Shown: in pieces, positions 35,907 through 48,500 of the stretch
How the letters are laid out: the number at the start of each line of letters is the position of its first letter
Position numbering within the stretch: the stretch's first letter is position 1
NCBI GenBank assembly: GCA_950097015.1
Contig: CATNEN010000038.1
Coordinates: 21,390,001-21,454,000, forward strand
DNA: 64,000 nucleotides
DNA from: Macrostomum hystrix
Lineage: Eukaryota; Animalia; Platyhelminthes
Reading direction: 5' to 3'
The notes under the pieces: model-generated
What the model was told of the DNA's origin: nothing
The model's database searches: none
The model's input: the letters and a program-made list of their open reading frames with translations, nothing else
Program-made: the position numbers and the translations under genes

Positions 35907-37572
35907 CCTTTGGTTACCTTTCAATTCGTAAACAAAGCTAATGTCAATGAGTGAAATGTCTCATGCGCGTTCTATAACATCCGACAGAGTAATTTGCTTT
36001 AATAGTAAGACTATTAGGAACGAATATAGCGAGTACATTTGGTAATGCTTTATTTTTAGGTGAGTTTATATAGTGTAAAAATATATATAACAGCGATTAA
36101 CAATAGGAATCATCAACAGCCATTTTGAGTTGCATTGCACTGTAAATCGTTTTTAAATCAATGAATACTATAATTTAGTTGAATGTTATAAGCGAGCTTA
36201 AATATACTGCTTTACTGGTTTCATGAAAACGGTGTGACGATGTTATACTTTATCGTTATCTAGAATATAATTTGTTTTGTCCTTAATTTTTTTCTAATTA
36301 AGTGCTAAATTTATTGCAAACCAATTTAGTCACTATAATTATTAAACCCTGTAATGTTACCTACGTTATAATGTACATTATCGTGTAGAAACGCCTAAAC
36401 AATTTAAATTTTCGTTTTATACTACTGTTTGTAGTAGGCTGGCCTTCACATTTCAAACGTACCTTGCATTATATACCACCTGCCCTACGCTAACGCACAT
36501 ACGCACACGCACACGTAGAACCAGCAGCGATTACATATAGTACCATGAGTCAGAAATATAACGCTATACACTAGACCGGTGTACAAAATTGCAGCAACGC
36601 TACACTCATGACAGTAATCTTCCTTTAATACTCGTAATGCGACTTTTAAAGAGGCGAATAAACTTCATAACTCATCGTTAGAGAAACCCCTACATCCATC
36701 AAAATTTGTCACAGATTTAGTTAAATACGCAAAAGTGCTTCAAATTTTTGCGAGTATTTGTCGTGCATAGTAAAACAAATAAATTTAATTATAAATATTT
36801 CACTTTACCTTATTCGCAGTTTCAAACAGCAGAACTTTTAAATAAAGAAATACTACTACTATAAAAGCTTAAATACAAAAAATTTTCAGGATACATCCCA
36901 AGCAGCTATGTTTCTTTGAAATCGTGTGACCTTTTCCTATAATTTTTCTATCATGTTAGAATTATTGTATTGCTTTGATTCCTTAAATGCTATACATTTT
37001 AGTATATTTTATTATCTATAATTGCAGTTGAAAATATGTTTGTGTTTTATGAACCCCCGTTTTTTATTTAAAAGCCTACATTCAAGCAAAACGTTGCCTT
37101 AGAAGTTATAAGTATTGATTCACTAAAAAATAATTACTATTTACTTTTACTAAGTTTATTTATTGTCCTTGCATAGGGGCCTATCCGAACTGTCTTGTGT
37201 CTATTGTGCTCAACCGTTCCAAATTTATTCACACATATCCGTGTCAATTATTCCACCTTGTCCTTATTTATACCTAGGTTATATTGGCATAGTTCTAGTT
37301 TAACTTTATTATATTATTTCATGCATACATATAATAAGCTCTCAAACAGTTATTCCAACTCGAAATTAACTGTCGGAATATTCGTCCGACAGTTAATTAA
37401 CTGTTGGCATGTACTTTTGTCAGATTTTTTTTCTTATTCCTCTGCCTCACATTAAGAGTATAGAACACAAAAGCTGCCAAACTTGAAGGTTTTGTCATTA
37501 AGACTAGGTTTGAGATGAGAAATAGTTATAATTCAAGAAATTCAACTTAGGAAAAGACTAAAATAAAAAATC

Positions 37573-38120
37573 TTCCATAGTCAGGAAGGTGTCCAGTATA
37601 GGCAGGAACTAATTCTGGGCAAAATTAAGCCTGTACGCCAATTTTTTAGCTCATTTCAAACATTACGCTGTACGCTGAAGTCCTTTTATGTATCTGAAAT
37701 TCTTGAAATTGGATTTTACGAAAGAATGGACTACTTTATTGCACGCAACAATTTGAAAAAATAGAAAACAGAAACAAATAAAACAATTCTTTTTTTCACA
37801 AAAGTGCAAAATAACAATCTTTAAAAATAGTTTTCCATTATCTGCTTACTTTTTATTATTCTTTAGTTTTTTCAATGGCCATAAATCAGTAAAGACATAT
37901 GATACAACGCAAATGAGATTGAATATGATTTGTAAAAAGGGTAGCTTATGTATGCGGACAGTTATGATGCTGCCAATAAAATTGGTACGCCGATTTTGAC
38001 GTTCTGTTGTGTGTGTACGCAGATACGCCAGTTTTCTGAAGATCTGTATGCCAAAACTGATTCTAACGGCCAAGTGTACGCAGGAATATTCCTGCGTACG
38101 ACACCTTCCTGACTATGGAA
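37573..38120. mobile_element. MITE-like non-autonomous DNA element
   Basis: Perfect 21-bp inverted repeat ttccatagtcaggaaggtgtc (37573-37593 / 38100-38120); AT-rich non-coding interior; no clean TSD seen. Confidence 0.65.
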
Positions 38121-39532
38121 AATACTATTAATAAAAATATATTCTCAGACATACTCTACATAAACTTTCTTACAAATGGTTTAGCTAATTTTCATCATAC
38201 CTTTTTAATTTGATGATAGGCCCACTGCCTATAGCACTTGAGTTGCACTTGTTTTATCTAAGAGAGTTTATGCTGAAATATATTTAGATATATGTAAATT
38301 ATCTTTATTTCTTTACAGTACTATTATTTGTTGCTTATTTTCTCTGATCACATGCCTAGCTAAATTTTAGTTGGCCTAGGCCTGTTGCCTGCCATGTCAT
38401 ATATAAAAAATTATATGCAGCTAGTTAGCTATAGCCTATTTTTGTATAATACTATTAGCTATATAGTTTACTTAGCCAAGGCAATAATACTAGACTTCAA
38501 TTCAATGCATAAAATTTTTGGCTTGATATAACATTGTTTAGTGTCTCGCAATATGAAATGTGGCAAAAATATATAGAAACAACTTTTGAACTTTTGAAAA
38601 TAGAATGTGTGGAGGTGTGAGAGTGTGGCATGAGTCAAACACCCCCAGCTTAGTGCCCCAGCAGGCGGTGCACCCACCCCTCGGCTAGGCGGCCAGGGTT
38701 TGAGTGTGAATGCACCGCAGATGGCGCTGCGTGCGGGCTTGGCCACCACAATTGCATATTAAAAAAGACAAAGCAATAATTCTATAGACAAACTATAGAA
38801 TTAGTACATTGTATTGTATAGAGTTTTAATCAGTAGTTATTCTTTGTTAAAGTTATATCTATGAAGATTGGTCAACATTTTGATTGCCAGATTCATTGAC
38901 TTGATAAAAAATGGGTCCTTACTTATATATAGAGATTAATTCCTTAGGCTTAGATCAAAGGGTCGTAGCCTTGATCAATAAAATTTTATTGTTTTCATTT
39001 AGGCACCCACATCACAATACCCAGTGTTGGTTTCTTTGTCCATAGTTATTTCCTTTTATATAGGTATGATGCTTATTATATCTTACTAAATTGTGAAAAT
39101 TATAAATGTGATAGCTAATTAAAAAACTCTTGTTTTTACTATCAATAAAAACCTTTCCGTGCTTTTTACTATTCTTTCTATAATAAGATTTAGTATCCAT
39201 AGGGTGCCATGCATAAAAATGTCTTAAGTTTTCATAAGTTTTCCTTATTTTCTTATATTTATAGTTTTAATGTTATCTTGAGTAAAATTAATTGTGCATA
39301 TAACAGCACCAGCCCTGCTCTATATGTAGGTATTTGAAAACTGGTCATTGTAAATACAAAATTGTAAGTGGGCTATGGGTACTTGCATTTTTTGTTACAA
39401 TAGTCCAGCAGCTAGTGAAAAGGCATTTCTGCCTATTCTGCTGACTTTTAAGCTGTCACAGGTATCTTTTGTAGCCCCTATCAGTGTCTGAATATGCTAG
39501 CTAACAATAATTTCTAGCTAAGCAGCCAAGAC

Positions 39533-42500
39533 ATGTCAACTGAAGAGGCTCGAACCCAGATTAAAACTGGCATTGAAGATTCGTCAGCCAATCAAATGGC
39601 TAGCTTGGAATCTCAATTGGAAACACTTCTGTCATCATCTTCGTTGGTTGTGGACACAGAAGCAGCGATTGCTAACGTTTCTGAGCAGCAAAATAGTGCA
39701 GAGAATTCCAAATCTTCTCATGAGGCAAAGAAGTCAAAGACCAGCGGAGGTGGCGGAGTTGTGGGCGGTGCAACCAGTCGCTCATTTGATTATGTCATGC
39801 GCTCCCTAACAGGCCTAGGGTCGGAAGAGAAGCTCGAAGCTCTTGGTAGAAAATATGCCGAAATCTACGATCAGGGTCGAGTTAACGCAGAGAAGCTGAA
39901 ATCTGTGCAGAAACAATTGTCTATGGTGTCTAGAGAGCGCGACCAATTGCAGAGCGAGCACAGCAAGGCAATGCTGGCTAAGAGCAAACTGGAGGTTCTC
40001 TGTCGCGAGTTGCAGAAGCATTATAAGGTGAGGTGTATTTCTGCTCATGCTATCTGAGTTAATTAGTCTTCAGGTAGTCATAGGGATTAGACTGTGGTAG
40101 CTCCAATTAGGCTTCAGTTGGGTAATGTCGAAAAGTATAGTAGATTAAAATTCTGGTAGCTCAAGAGATTAGGTAGCTCATGCTTGTGTACATTATTCAA
40201 AGAAAATAAGCTTCAGGTAGCTTAGGGGATTATGCTTCAGGTAGCTTAGGGGATTAGGCTTCAGGTAGCTTAGGGGATTAGGCTTCAGGTAGCTTAGGGG
40301 ATTAGGCTTCAGGTAGCTTAGGGGATTAGGCTTCAGGTAGCTTAGGGGATTAGGCTTCAGGTAGCTTAGGGGATTAGGCTTCAGGTAGCTTAGGGGATTA
40401 GGCTTCAGGTAGCTTAGGGGATTAGGCTTCAGGTAGCTTATGGGATTAGGCTTCAGGTAGCTTAGGGGATTAGGCTTCAGGTAGCTTATGGGATTAGGCT
40501 TCAGAGCTTAGGGGATTAGGCTTCAGGTAGCTTAGGGGATTAGGCTTCAGGTAGCTTAGGGGATTAGGCTTCAGGTAGCTTAGGGGATTAGGCTTCAGGT
40601 AGCTTAGGGGATTAGGCTTTAGGTAGCTTTAAATATTAAGTTTAATGTAGCTAATGGAATTTAGCCTTTAGGTAGCCCAAAGGATTAAGATTTAGCCTTT
40701 TGCCAGGTGCCAATTGGAATGCGGAACATTTTAAGTGTTGATGAAATAACTGTTAAAATAAATATGTAAAATTTCATATCGGTGAAATAAAGATCCTTAT
40801 AATATGGTAATGTGAGGGAAGATGTGTAGGTAAATTTTTTAAATCTCGTTAAGTTTTTTTAGAAGTTTTGCAAAATGCTACGTATTACAACATTTAGGAA
40901 TCTTCCTTGCTTTTTCGCTGAAACACCATGGGGTGCTAGTTAGGGTAAAAAATCTGGAATCTCCTAATATAGCAGGTATGAGAGTGTTCACGACACATGC
41001 ATCTAGACGTAAAAAGGGTGAAAATGTGCTAAATGTCATTTTGTCGGCAGTCTTTGTGTCCACAGTCTTTTATCTGCAGTCTTTTATCTAGTCTTTTTGT
41101 CCAGTCTTTGTGCCCAATCTTTGTGTCTACAGTCTTTTTGTTCATTGTCTTTGGGTCTACAGTATTTTTAGCTATGCAGTCTTTGTGTCTACAGTCTTTC
41201 TGTCCAGTCTTGGTGTCCATAGTATTTTTGTCCAAAGTCGTTTTGTGGCAGTAATTTTGTTAGCCGTCAAATCGCCACATTCAAATAGTTGGCAGTCATT
41301 TTTCCCACAGTCATTCTGTCAATAGTCGAATATTGCCATTCAATCTTCGTAGACCCCTCTCAAACCGTTAGCCACTTGACACCAATTCCGCCAGGTTGTT
41401 AAGGATGAGAGCATTAATCGCGCCAAAGAGGAGGAAGAACGCCGCAAGGAGGTTAGCGGCCAACTGCAGACAACCATCACCGACATCCAGGCCCAGATGC
41501 AGGACCACACCGCGCGCAATAATAAGCTGCGCGATGAGAACACCATGCTAGTTGAGAAGCTGCGCGGCTTAGTTGAAAAATATGAGAAACGCGAGGAGTA
41601 CGTTGAGAAATTGCTAAGGCAGCACGATTTGCAGACTCAACTAGCAGAGGCCAGGCTGGCGCAGGAGAAGGCGCAGGGCGACGCGGACAGGGTCAGGTAA
41701 ATATTGTTATACTTGTTTGTTTGTTTTCTGTTTGTTTGTTTGTTTGTCTATTTTATATAGACATATTGTTGTTTATTATTGGCTAATTAAACAGTCGCGG
41801 GTCAATTGTGGAGTGGCTAGTGGCTAATTAAACAGTCGCGGGTCAATTGTGGAGTGGGTAATGGCTAATTAAATAGTCGCAGGTCAATTGTGGAGTGAGT
41901 AATGGCTAATTAAACAGTCGCGGGTCAATTGTGGAGCGGCTAATTGCTAATTAAACAGTCGCAGGTCAATTGTGGAGTGAGTAATGGCTAATTAAACAGT
42001 CGCGGGTCAATTGTGGAGCGGCTAATTGCTAATTAAACAGTCGCGGGTCAATTGTGGAGTGGCTAATGGCTAATTAAACAGTCGCGGGTCAATTGTGGAG
42101 TGGCTAATGGCTAATTAAACAGTCGCGGGTCAATTGTGGAGTGGCTAATGGCTAATTAAACAGTCGCGGGTCAATTGTGGAGTGGCTAATGGCTAATTAA
42201 ACAGTCGCAGGTCAATTGTGGAGTGGCTAATGGCTAATTAAACAGGTCAATTGTGGAGTGGCTAATGGCTAATTAAACAGTCGCGGGTCAATTGTGGAGT
42301 GGCTAATGGCTAATTAAACAGGTCAATTGTGGAGTGGCTAATGGCTAATTTATAGTTGCATGTGAATTACGTAGTAAGTAATGGCTGATAGACCAATGGG
42401 GCATGGCTGCTCTACAATCGCAGTTAGTTGACTAAGAAATTTAATTAGCTAAAAAAACATTTTCTACTCTCTGTTTTTACTGCTAGCCTACTTAAAGTAA

Positions 42501-43388
42501 CATTTCGTAGCGATTTTTTCGCGCAGAATGTCGGAGGAAATTCGTCAACTGACAGCCCAGGTGGAACTGTACGGCAAACAGGAGAAGGCGCTTAACGACC
42601 AGATTAACGTCTACACGGCCAAATACGAAGATTTCCAGGTTGCTATTGGCAAATCTAACGAAATGTTTGGCACCTTCAAGAGCCAGATTGACAGCTTGAC
42701 TAAGAAACTGCGCCACATTGAAAAGGAGAGAAATCAGTGGCGCGAGCGCTGTGAAGCTAGCGGTGGAACCGTTCTCCAGCTAGTACAGGACAAGGCCGAT
42801 AAAGAGGCCATTATTGCCAGCCAGCGGGTCAAGATTGACACCCTGGAAAAGCTTTGCCGCGCTCTGCAACTCGAGCGCCGAATTCGGCGAGAAGACTCCG
42901 AACCTTCAGAGGTCATTGTTGATGAGAATGAAACAAAGACAAAAGGGGTTGATTCCGCTGAGGCTACTGGGAAAACCAAGAGTGACGCTGGAAACGCTGA
43001 CGATACTAGTGGAACAAAGACCGACGCTGGCAGTGCAGACGATACCAGTGGAACAAAGACCGACGCTGGCAGTGCAGACGATACCAGTGGAACAAAGACC
43101 GACGCTGGAAACGCTGACGATACCAGTGGAACAAAGACCGACGCTGGAAACGCTGACGATACTAGTGGAACAAAGACCGACGCTGGAAACGCTGACGATA
43201 CTAGTGGAACAAAGACCAACGCTGGCAGTGCAGACGATACCAGTGGAACAAAGACAGGCATTAGCAATTCGGACGGTACCAGTGAAACAAAGACTGACGT
43301 TCGCAATTCGGACGGTACCAGTGGAACAAAGACTGACGTTAGTAATTTGGACCTAGAAAATGAGACAAAGACTGAAGCCACTGATTAA
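39533..43388 (+). CDS. Taxilin family coiled-coil protein, 3 coding exons, with a 13-aa C-terminal repeat
   Basis: Exons 39533-40027, 41395-41696, 42527-43388 in phase; taxilin hallmarks KSKLEVLCRELQK, YEKREE, KYEDFQ…KSNEMFGTFK, LEKLCRALQ. Confidence 0.9.
40208..40630. repeat. 24-bp minisatellite (ttaggggattaggcttcaggtagc) in taxilin intron 1
   Basis: Direct inspection. Confidence 0.95.
41780..42350. repeat. 41-bp minisatellite (ggctaattaaacagtcgcgggtcaattgtggagtggctaat) in taxilin intron 2
   Basis: Direct inspection. Confidence 0.95.
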
Positions 43389-45538
43389 TAGTGACGCCTG
43401 TTATCGAAATAAAGACTGATAAACTATCAAGACTATAGCATGTCGATCAAACGCCCTCCAAGACCCAACTGATGTGCAACCATTTGTGCCTGTTTTCACA
43501 ATACTCATTTCATTTTCATGGCATGCCGATTTGAACTGTCTTACCCGCTTAATATTTATAACTTTGCAAAGCTTTTTTAGAAAGTCTCGTTGATAATAAA
43601 AATATTATATTTTCTACTTTGCACTGTCGAAAGACAATAAAGATGCGAATATTAGAATTGATTTCGTAGTTTTCAATTGGTTGTACTTATTTCATATGTT
43701 ACCCTTTCTCCACCTGTTGCACTCGTCTGCTTCTCTGCTGAGCAGCTTTGATATTGAGAGTTTCAACTATTCTATTCGTTTCTTATCTAACTATTCTTCA
43801 GTTTTGTTAAATCGTTTTTGTCTTCTGTCTTGTTATCATTGTTATCATTGGCTGCCCATTTGCTCACGCGTGTCGCTATTGGACAAGAGAGATAATCACG
43901 TAATTAGTTCTGAACCAATCGCGACTTAGTTGTGCGTGTGTGTGTGTGTTAAGCTAGTGGAAATGTTTGGGTAATTCTTAAGGGTTTTGTCTTTTTATAT
44001 TCGGTCTTAAAACTAAGACGGCATTGAAAATACAAGTAGCTTTTTAAAATGTAGTTAGTTCGTTAAAAATTGGCATTTTAGTATGTCTGTCTGTGCATGC
44101 CTACTGCTGGCTTTTGCTTTACTTTCCCCCCCGCACTTTTGTTTGACTTTTTGTTACGTAATATATGTATTATGTATCTCTCCACCGAACCGACCATGTC
44201 TCATTAAACCTAGTTTGCCTTAGCTTCTAGCTTCATCTCTTAGTCTGTTCTGAATAGCCGCCATCTATTTCAACAGTCGCATGCACTTATGCTTTACCAG
44301 TTTTTTTCCTGGAAAGTCTAACCAATTTCAGTTGCTCATTCTGCTAGAGTTTTTTTAACCCCACTGTGTTTTTTACACCCGCCAATTCATCTGTGTCTGA
44401 TAACCGGAAGACTGTATTTAGTTAACGTACGTGTGCTGTGCGCTGTGTATCTTTGTCTTACCTGCCTATACTGTGTGATTTTTGTGAAATAAAACGGTAC
44501 CTACTTTCAAGCTCGTATAATTAAGTCAACTAAAGCAGGTCCTTTTATAAGTGATGATAAAATATGAACTACTGTTTCGAGTGATCATATATTTTTTCGC
44601 GATAAAATTTCGACACGCTCTTGATGCGACAAACTATTTAATAAACAATTAGTGAAGCTGAAAGCTCGAGATCTAGGTCACTTATTTTAGGTAAATAGAT
44701 AACTATAGATTAGTAAGAAAATATTTGCATTAGTCGGTACTTTTAATGGCCTAGTACCAAGAATGCCCTACTATGCTCTCACCGTGTAAATTTCATTGTG
44801 ATGACTGCTTTCTAGCTCGCTCAGTTCCGTCCTATTGCATTCCCATCGTGAGCCGAGGGTGCAGCCTGAGTTGCTGGACTTATCGTACATCTAGCGATGT
44901 TATTTTGTCTTCGTCAGAGTTTATAGATTGTAAATAAAAATCTATAGATTAAATTTTATCATAGTCTATACCATAGAATATAGACTCATCATCAAGGTGT
45001 AGGTAAACTTAAAATAGAGAATCTGTTTTAAAACTAAATATCAAGGAACAAGCATTGGACTAGGATAATTTAATTATTTTGCAATTTGGTGAAAAACTAT
45101 TTGTCATAACACGCTTTCGTGCTGAGTGCGCAGCAAAGCTTTTCCAGGGTGTCAATCTTGACCCACTGGCTGGCAAAATGTATTCCCATTTTTGTTTTAC
45201 TAGTGGTTTTTTATTTCAATTTTGTAACAGAATGTTTCTGGACCACTCGCGGCTCGTTATTCATGCGATACTTATCTGATGATTTATCTGATGGTTATTC
45301 TGTTAGTTTGCGGATAGAGTTTAACTGCCTATTTATGACAATAATGATAAATTAGAGAACACAAAATAGCTACTCGTATCTTATTTCTTATATCAAGAAA
45401 TCAAAAGCAAAGCAAATCAAACGAGCTAATCTAATCTATCTAATATACATTTTAAAAGACATTTTTAGCCTGGCAAAAACCATCTATACAATTCATAGCA
45501 GTTCTAATTTTTCGATCAGAACATTGCCAGGATCCAAG

Positions 45539-48500
45539 ATGGTTGTTGGAGGGATTATTTCTTCTGATGATGGAACCATGGAGTCTTTAATTTGGAAAAA
45601 CCTAAATTTCTTTTGTTATGAGAATGCATTGTTTCTAGCTGAACAGCTATATGCCCAAGAGAAAACTGAATCAAGTGTATATATTTTGGCAACATGCTAT
45701 CATAGGGCTAATAGACCTAATCAAGCAAAAAAACTTCTGCAGTGTTCTTCATTGACACAACCTCTATCAAGGTAAATGTTTTTATAAGAGCAATTCTATT
45801 TACTAAATGCTTTCTTTTGAGATTTATCTTACATATAACACTTTTTAACCAATGGTGTTAGTACTTATTAGCTATTATAGCATTGTAACATACTGAGTGA
45901 ATTAGTTTCAACTTTTTTTCTGTATTATTTCATTGCAGCAAATAACCCTTCTCATTATTTGCTTAGCTTAGCATAGGCCCTAGCTAACCTTAGGCCCCTA
46001 GCACATTTATACTTTTCATTGACCATACTCTCATAAAATTTATTTAACATGTTGCCCCAATTTGATTAGCATATTTATATCATAAACACTTTTTCTTATG
46101 GAAGTTCTTATTCCTACTGTCCCATGCCAATAATTTCAATTTTATCTACACGGATCCGTGCCGATAATTTTCTGCTTATCCACACACAGCTTGTATGAAT
46201 AGGTCTACTTTCAAGTCCCTACCTATTCTTGGTGCTGACCTTGTTGCTGACTAGAATTCTGCTGGTTGACTCATGATTTTCTTTGATAGACTTCTTACTT
46301 TTCAAGTCAATACAATTTGAATGAAAACACATAATGATGACAAGATATTTAGTAAATTGTTATTACAATAATTAAAAAGGATGACATTATTGTCGGGTAA
46401 TGAATGTGTAGGTAAAAATGTAGAACACTGTCATAACACACTGGCAACTTTGTCAATCTATTGGCTCAAGGGTTCAACAAAACGTTTAAACCCAAAAAGG
46501 CCTCATTTCAAGGAACAGAACTGTATGGATAAAATTGAAATTCATGGCACAGCATATTTATATAAATAGTTTTAGACCTATACATACAAGCTGCTGTGTG
46601 GATAAGCAGAAAATTATCAGCATGGATCCATGTGGATAAAATTGAAATTATTGACACGCGACGATGGGAATAAGCTCTGCCTTTTCTTATCTCATTTTGT
46701 CTCACTATATTATCTTAAGATACAATTTCTTGCCTAAATTTCTTCTTGTCTAAATTTTCACCTCATCTGACCTCTACTAGGTTGTAGCTAGGCAAGTCTT
46801 TTCTTACTAACTCAAAATTAAAAATTTTGATTAGAATAAACTAGCTACACTAGGGCCTTTATATATTTTATCTGATGACTACACTTGCTTTGGGCTCAGA
46901 TACTTTAACAATTTCAAGACACTCAATTTAAAGTTACATAGCTAGCAGTTTAGTTAGTAATTTTATCTTTAAGTGCTTAAAATGGATCATTCTTATTAGC
47001 TAGTGTATCTATGTCTTACATAACTATACTTTTATTTTAACAAACCTTAGCTTAATTAGGTTTTTATAGTAATAATTGAAAATTTTAATCTGTTGTCTAT
47101 AGCCTCTTATACTTATTACTTTTGTTCTCTTGTTTTTTTCTCATAGATATTTTGTTCATTTCTTCTACTCAAGCTCAGTTTCACAAGTTGCATAAAAATG
47201 CAAATTATACATGAGCATATTATTGACAGCTGCATGCAGATCAGGGTGTCCTTAATTACCCTAAAGTCACTTAGAAAACAATTTTCTGCTCTTTTGTGCT
47301 AGACTATCAGGCCGTCTTATATATAAAACTAGGTTGCTAACCCCAATAATAGATAAGAAATAGTTTTTTGGCAAGCCTAGATATCAAAATTATCATCACA
47401 AGTTCACATGAATTTACCTGTTCCACTTAACTTTATTGTGGGGAATCTTAATTAATATTTACATTTAACATTCCCAAGCTTATCTAAATCTAGTTTCTAG
47501 GCTATCTGGGCTATATGTTGAAAGCTTATCCTAAATCCTCTTTAGGTATCTGTATGCTCAGTGCTGCTTAGAGACTGGCGATCTCGGCGCCGCAGAGGAC
47601 GCCCTCACATCGGTCCGCACTGGCCAGGCAGCTGCTAATAGTTTCATTTTTCAGCAACAGCAGCAGCAACCGACATCAGCTGCAACTGCCGCTGCTGCCA
47701 ATGACTGCCTGGCCCGACTGTGCCTTGAATTCGGCGGCGGCAATGGAGAACAATTGGAAGATTCGCTGACTGCCGCCTTCGCTCTGAAACTATTAGGCGA
47801 TGTTTATCGGCGTACGGATCGCTTTGAACGGGCTGCCGAGTGCTATAGGCGAGCTCTCGGCGTCAATCCCAGCTTGTGGATTTGCTACGAGGCGTTGTGC
47901 AGCTTAGAAGAGGCGCCTAATCCGGCTGCCGTGTTTCCGGTAATAATAACTGCATGAGGCTGTTGGCAGTGGCACATAATTTTGTGACACTAGACCCGCA
48001 GCCAGCGAGGAGGCAATTCTGTCCATTTCGCTGACTCCTGAGCACACACACACAGATACTGTACGCAGACACTCGCTCACACAGCTGTGAACAGCAATTG
48101 CCCTGACTTTCTCATTGTCAGGCATTGTAAGCTCGGGAGCTTGGTTCAATAGGCAGACGCGTTAACCGTTCTGCCACTCACCCCTGTGTTCCAGGTAAAG
48201 CTCTGTGTTCTTTTTGAAAAGGCAAGCTCATTGAAAAGCTCATTAGATTACGTGGTATTTGTTTATTGAAACTAGTTACTCCCTCTATTTACCTATTTCA
48301 GACCCAGCCAGTGTTAGACGCATCGTCGGCTTCGTCCGCTTGCGGTGCAGTTAGCGGCCTCGCTGGCGCCAGCGCTGACTGCGGCGGCGACGGCGCCGGT
48401 AGTACGCGCCAGTTTTCAGTGGAGTCAGCCGCCTCTGTGACCTTGTCGGACGCTTCCGGTAACTTTTCAAGAAAGGGTGTGATATCTTTAATACCGATGG

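Noticed and set aside
38660-38720. HDV-like ribozyme
   Set aside because: The P1/P3 pseudoknot cannot be built and the catalytic C position is T.
40208-40630. Interstitial telomere
   Set aside because: TTAGGG and TTAGG occur only as parts of a 24-bp unit, not as tandem hexamers.
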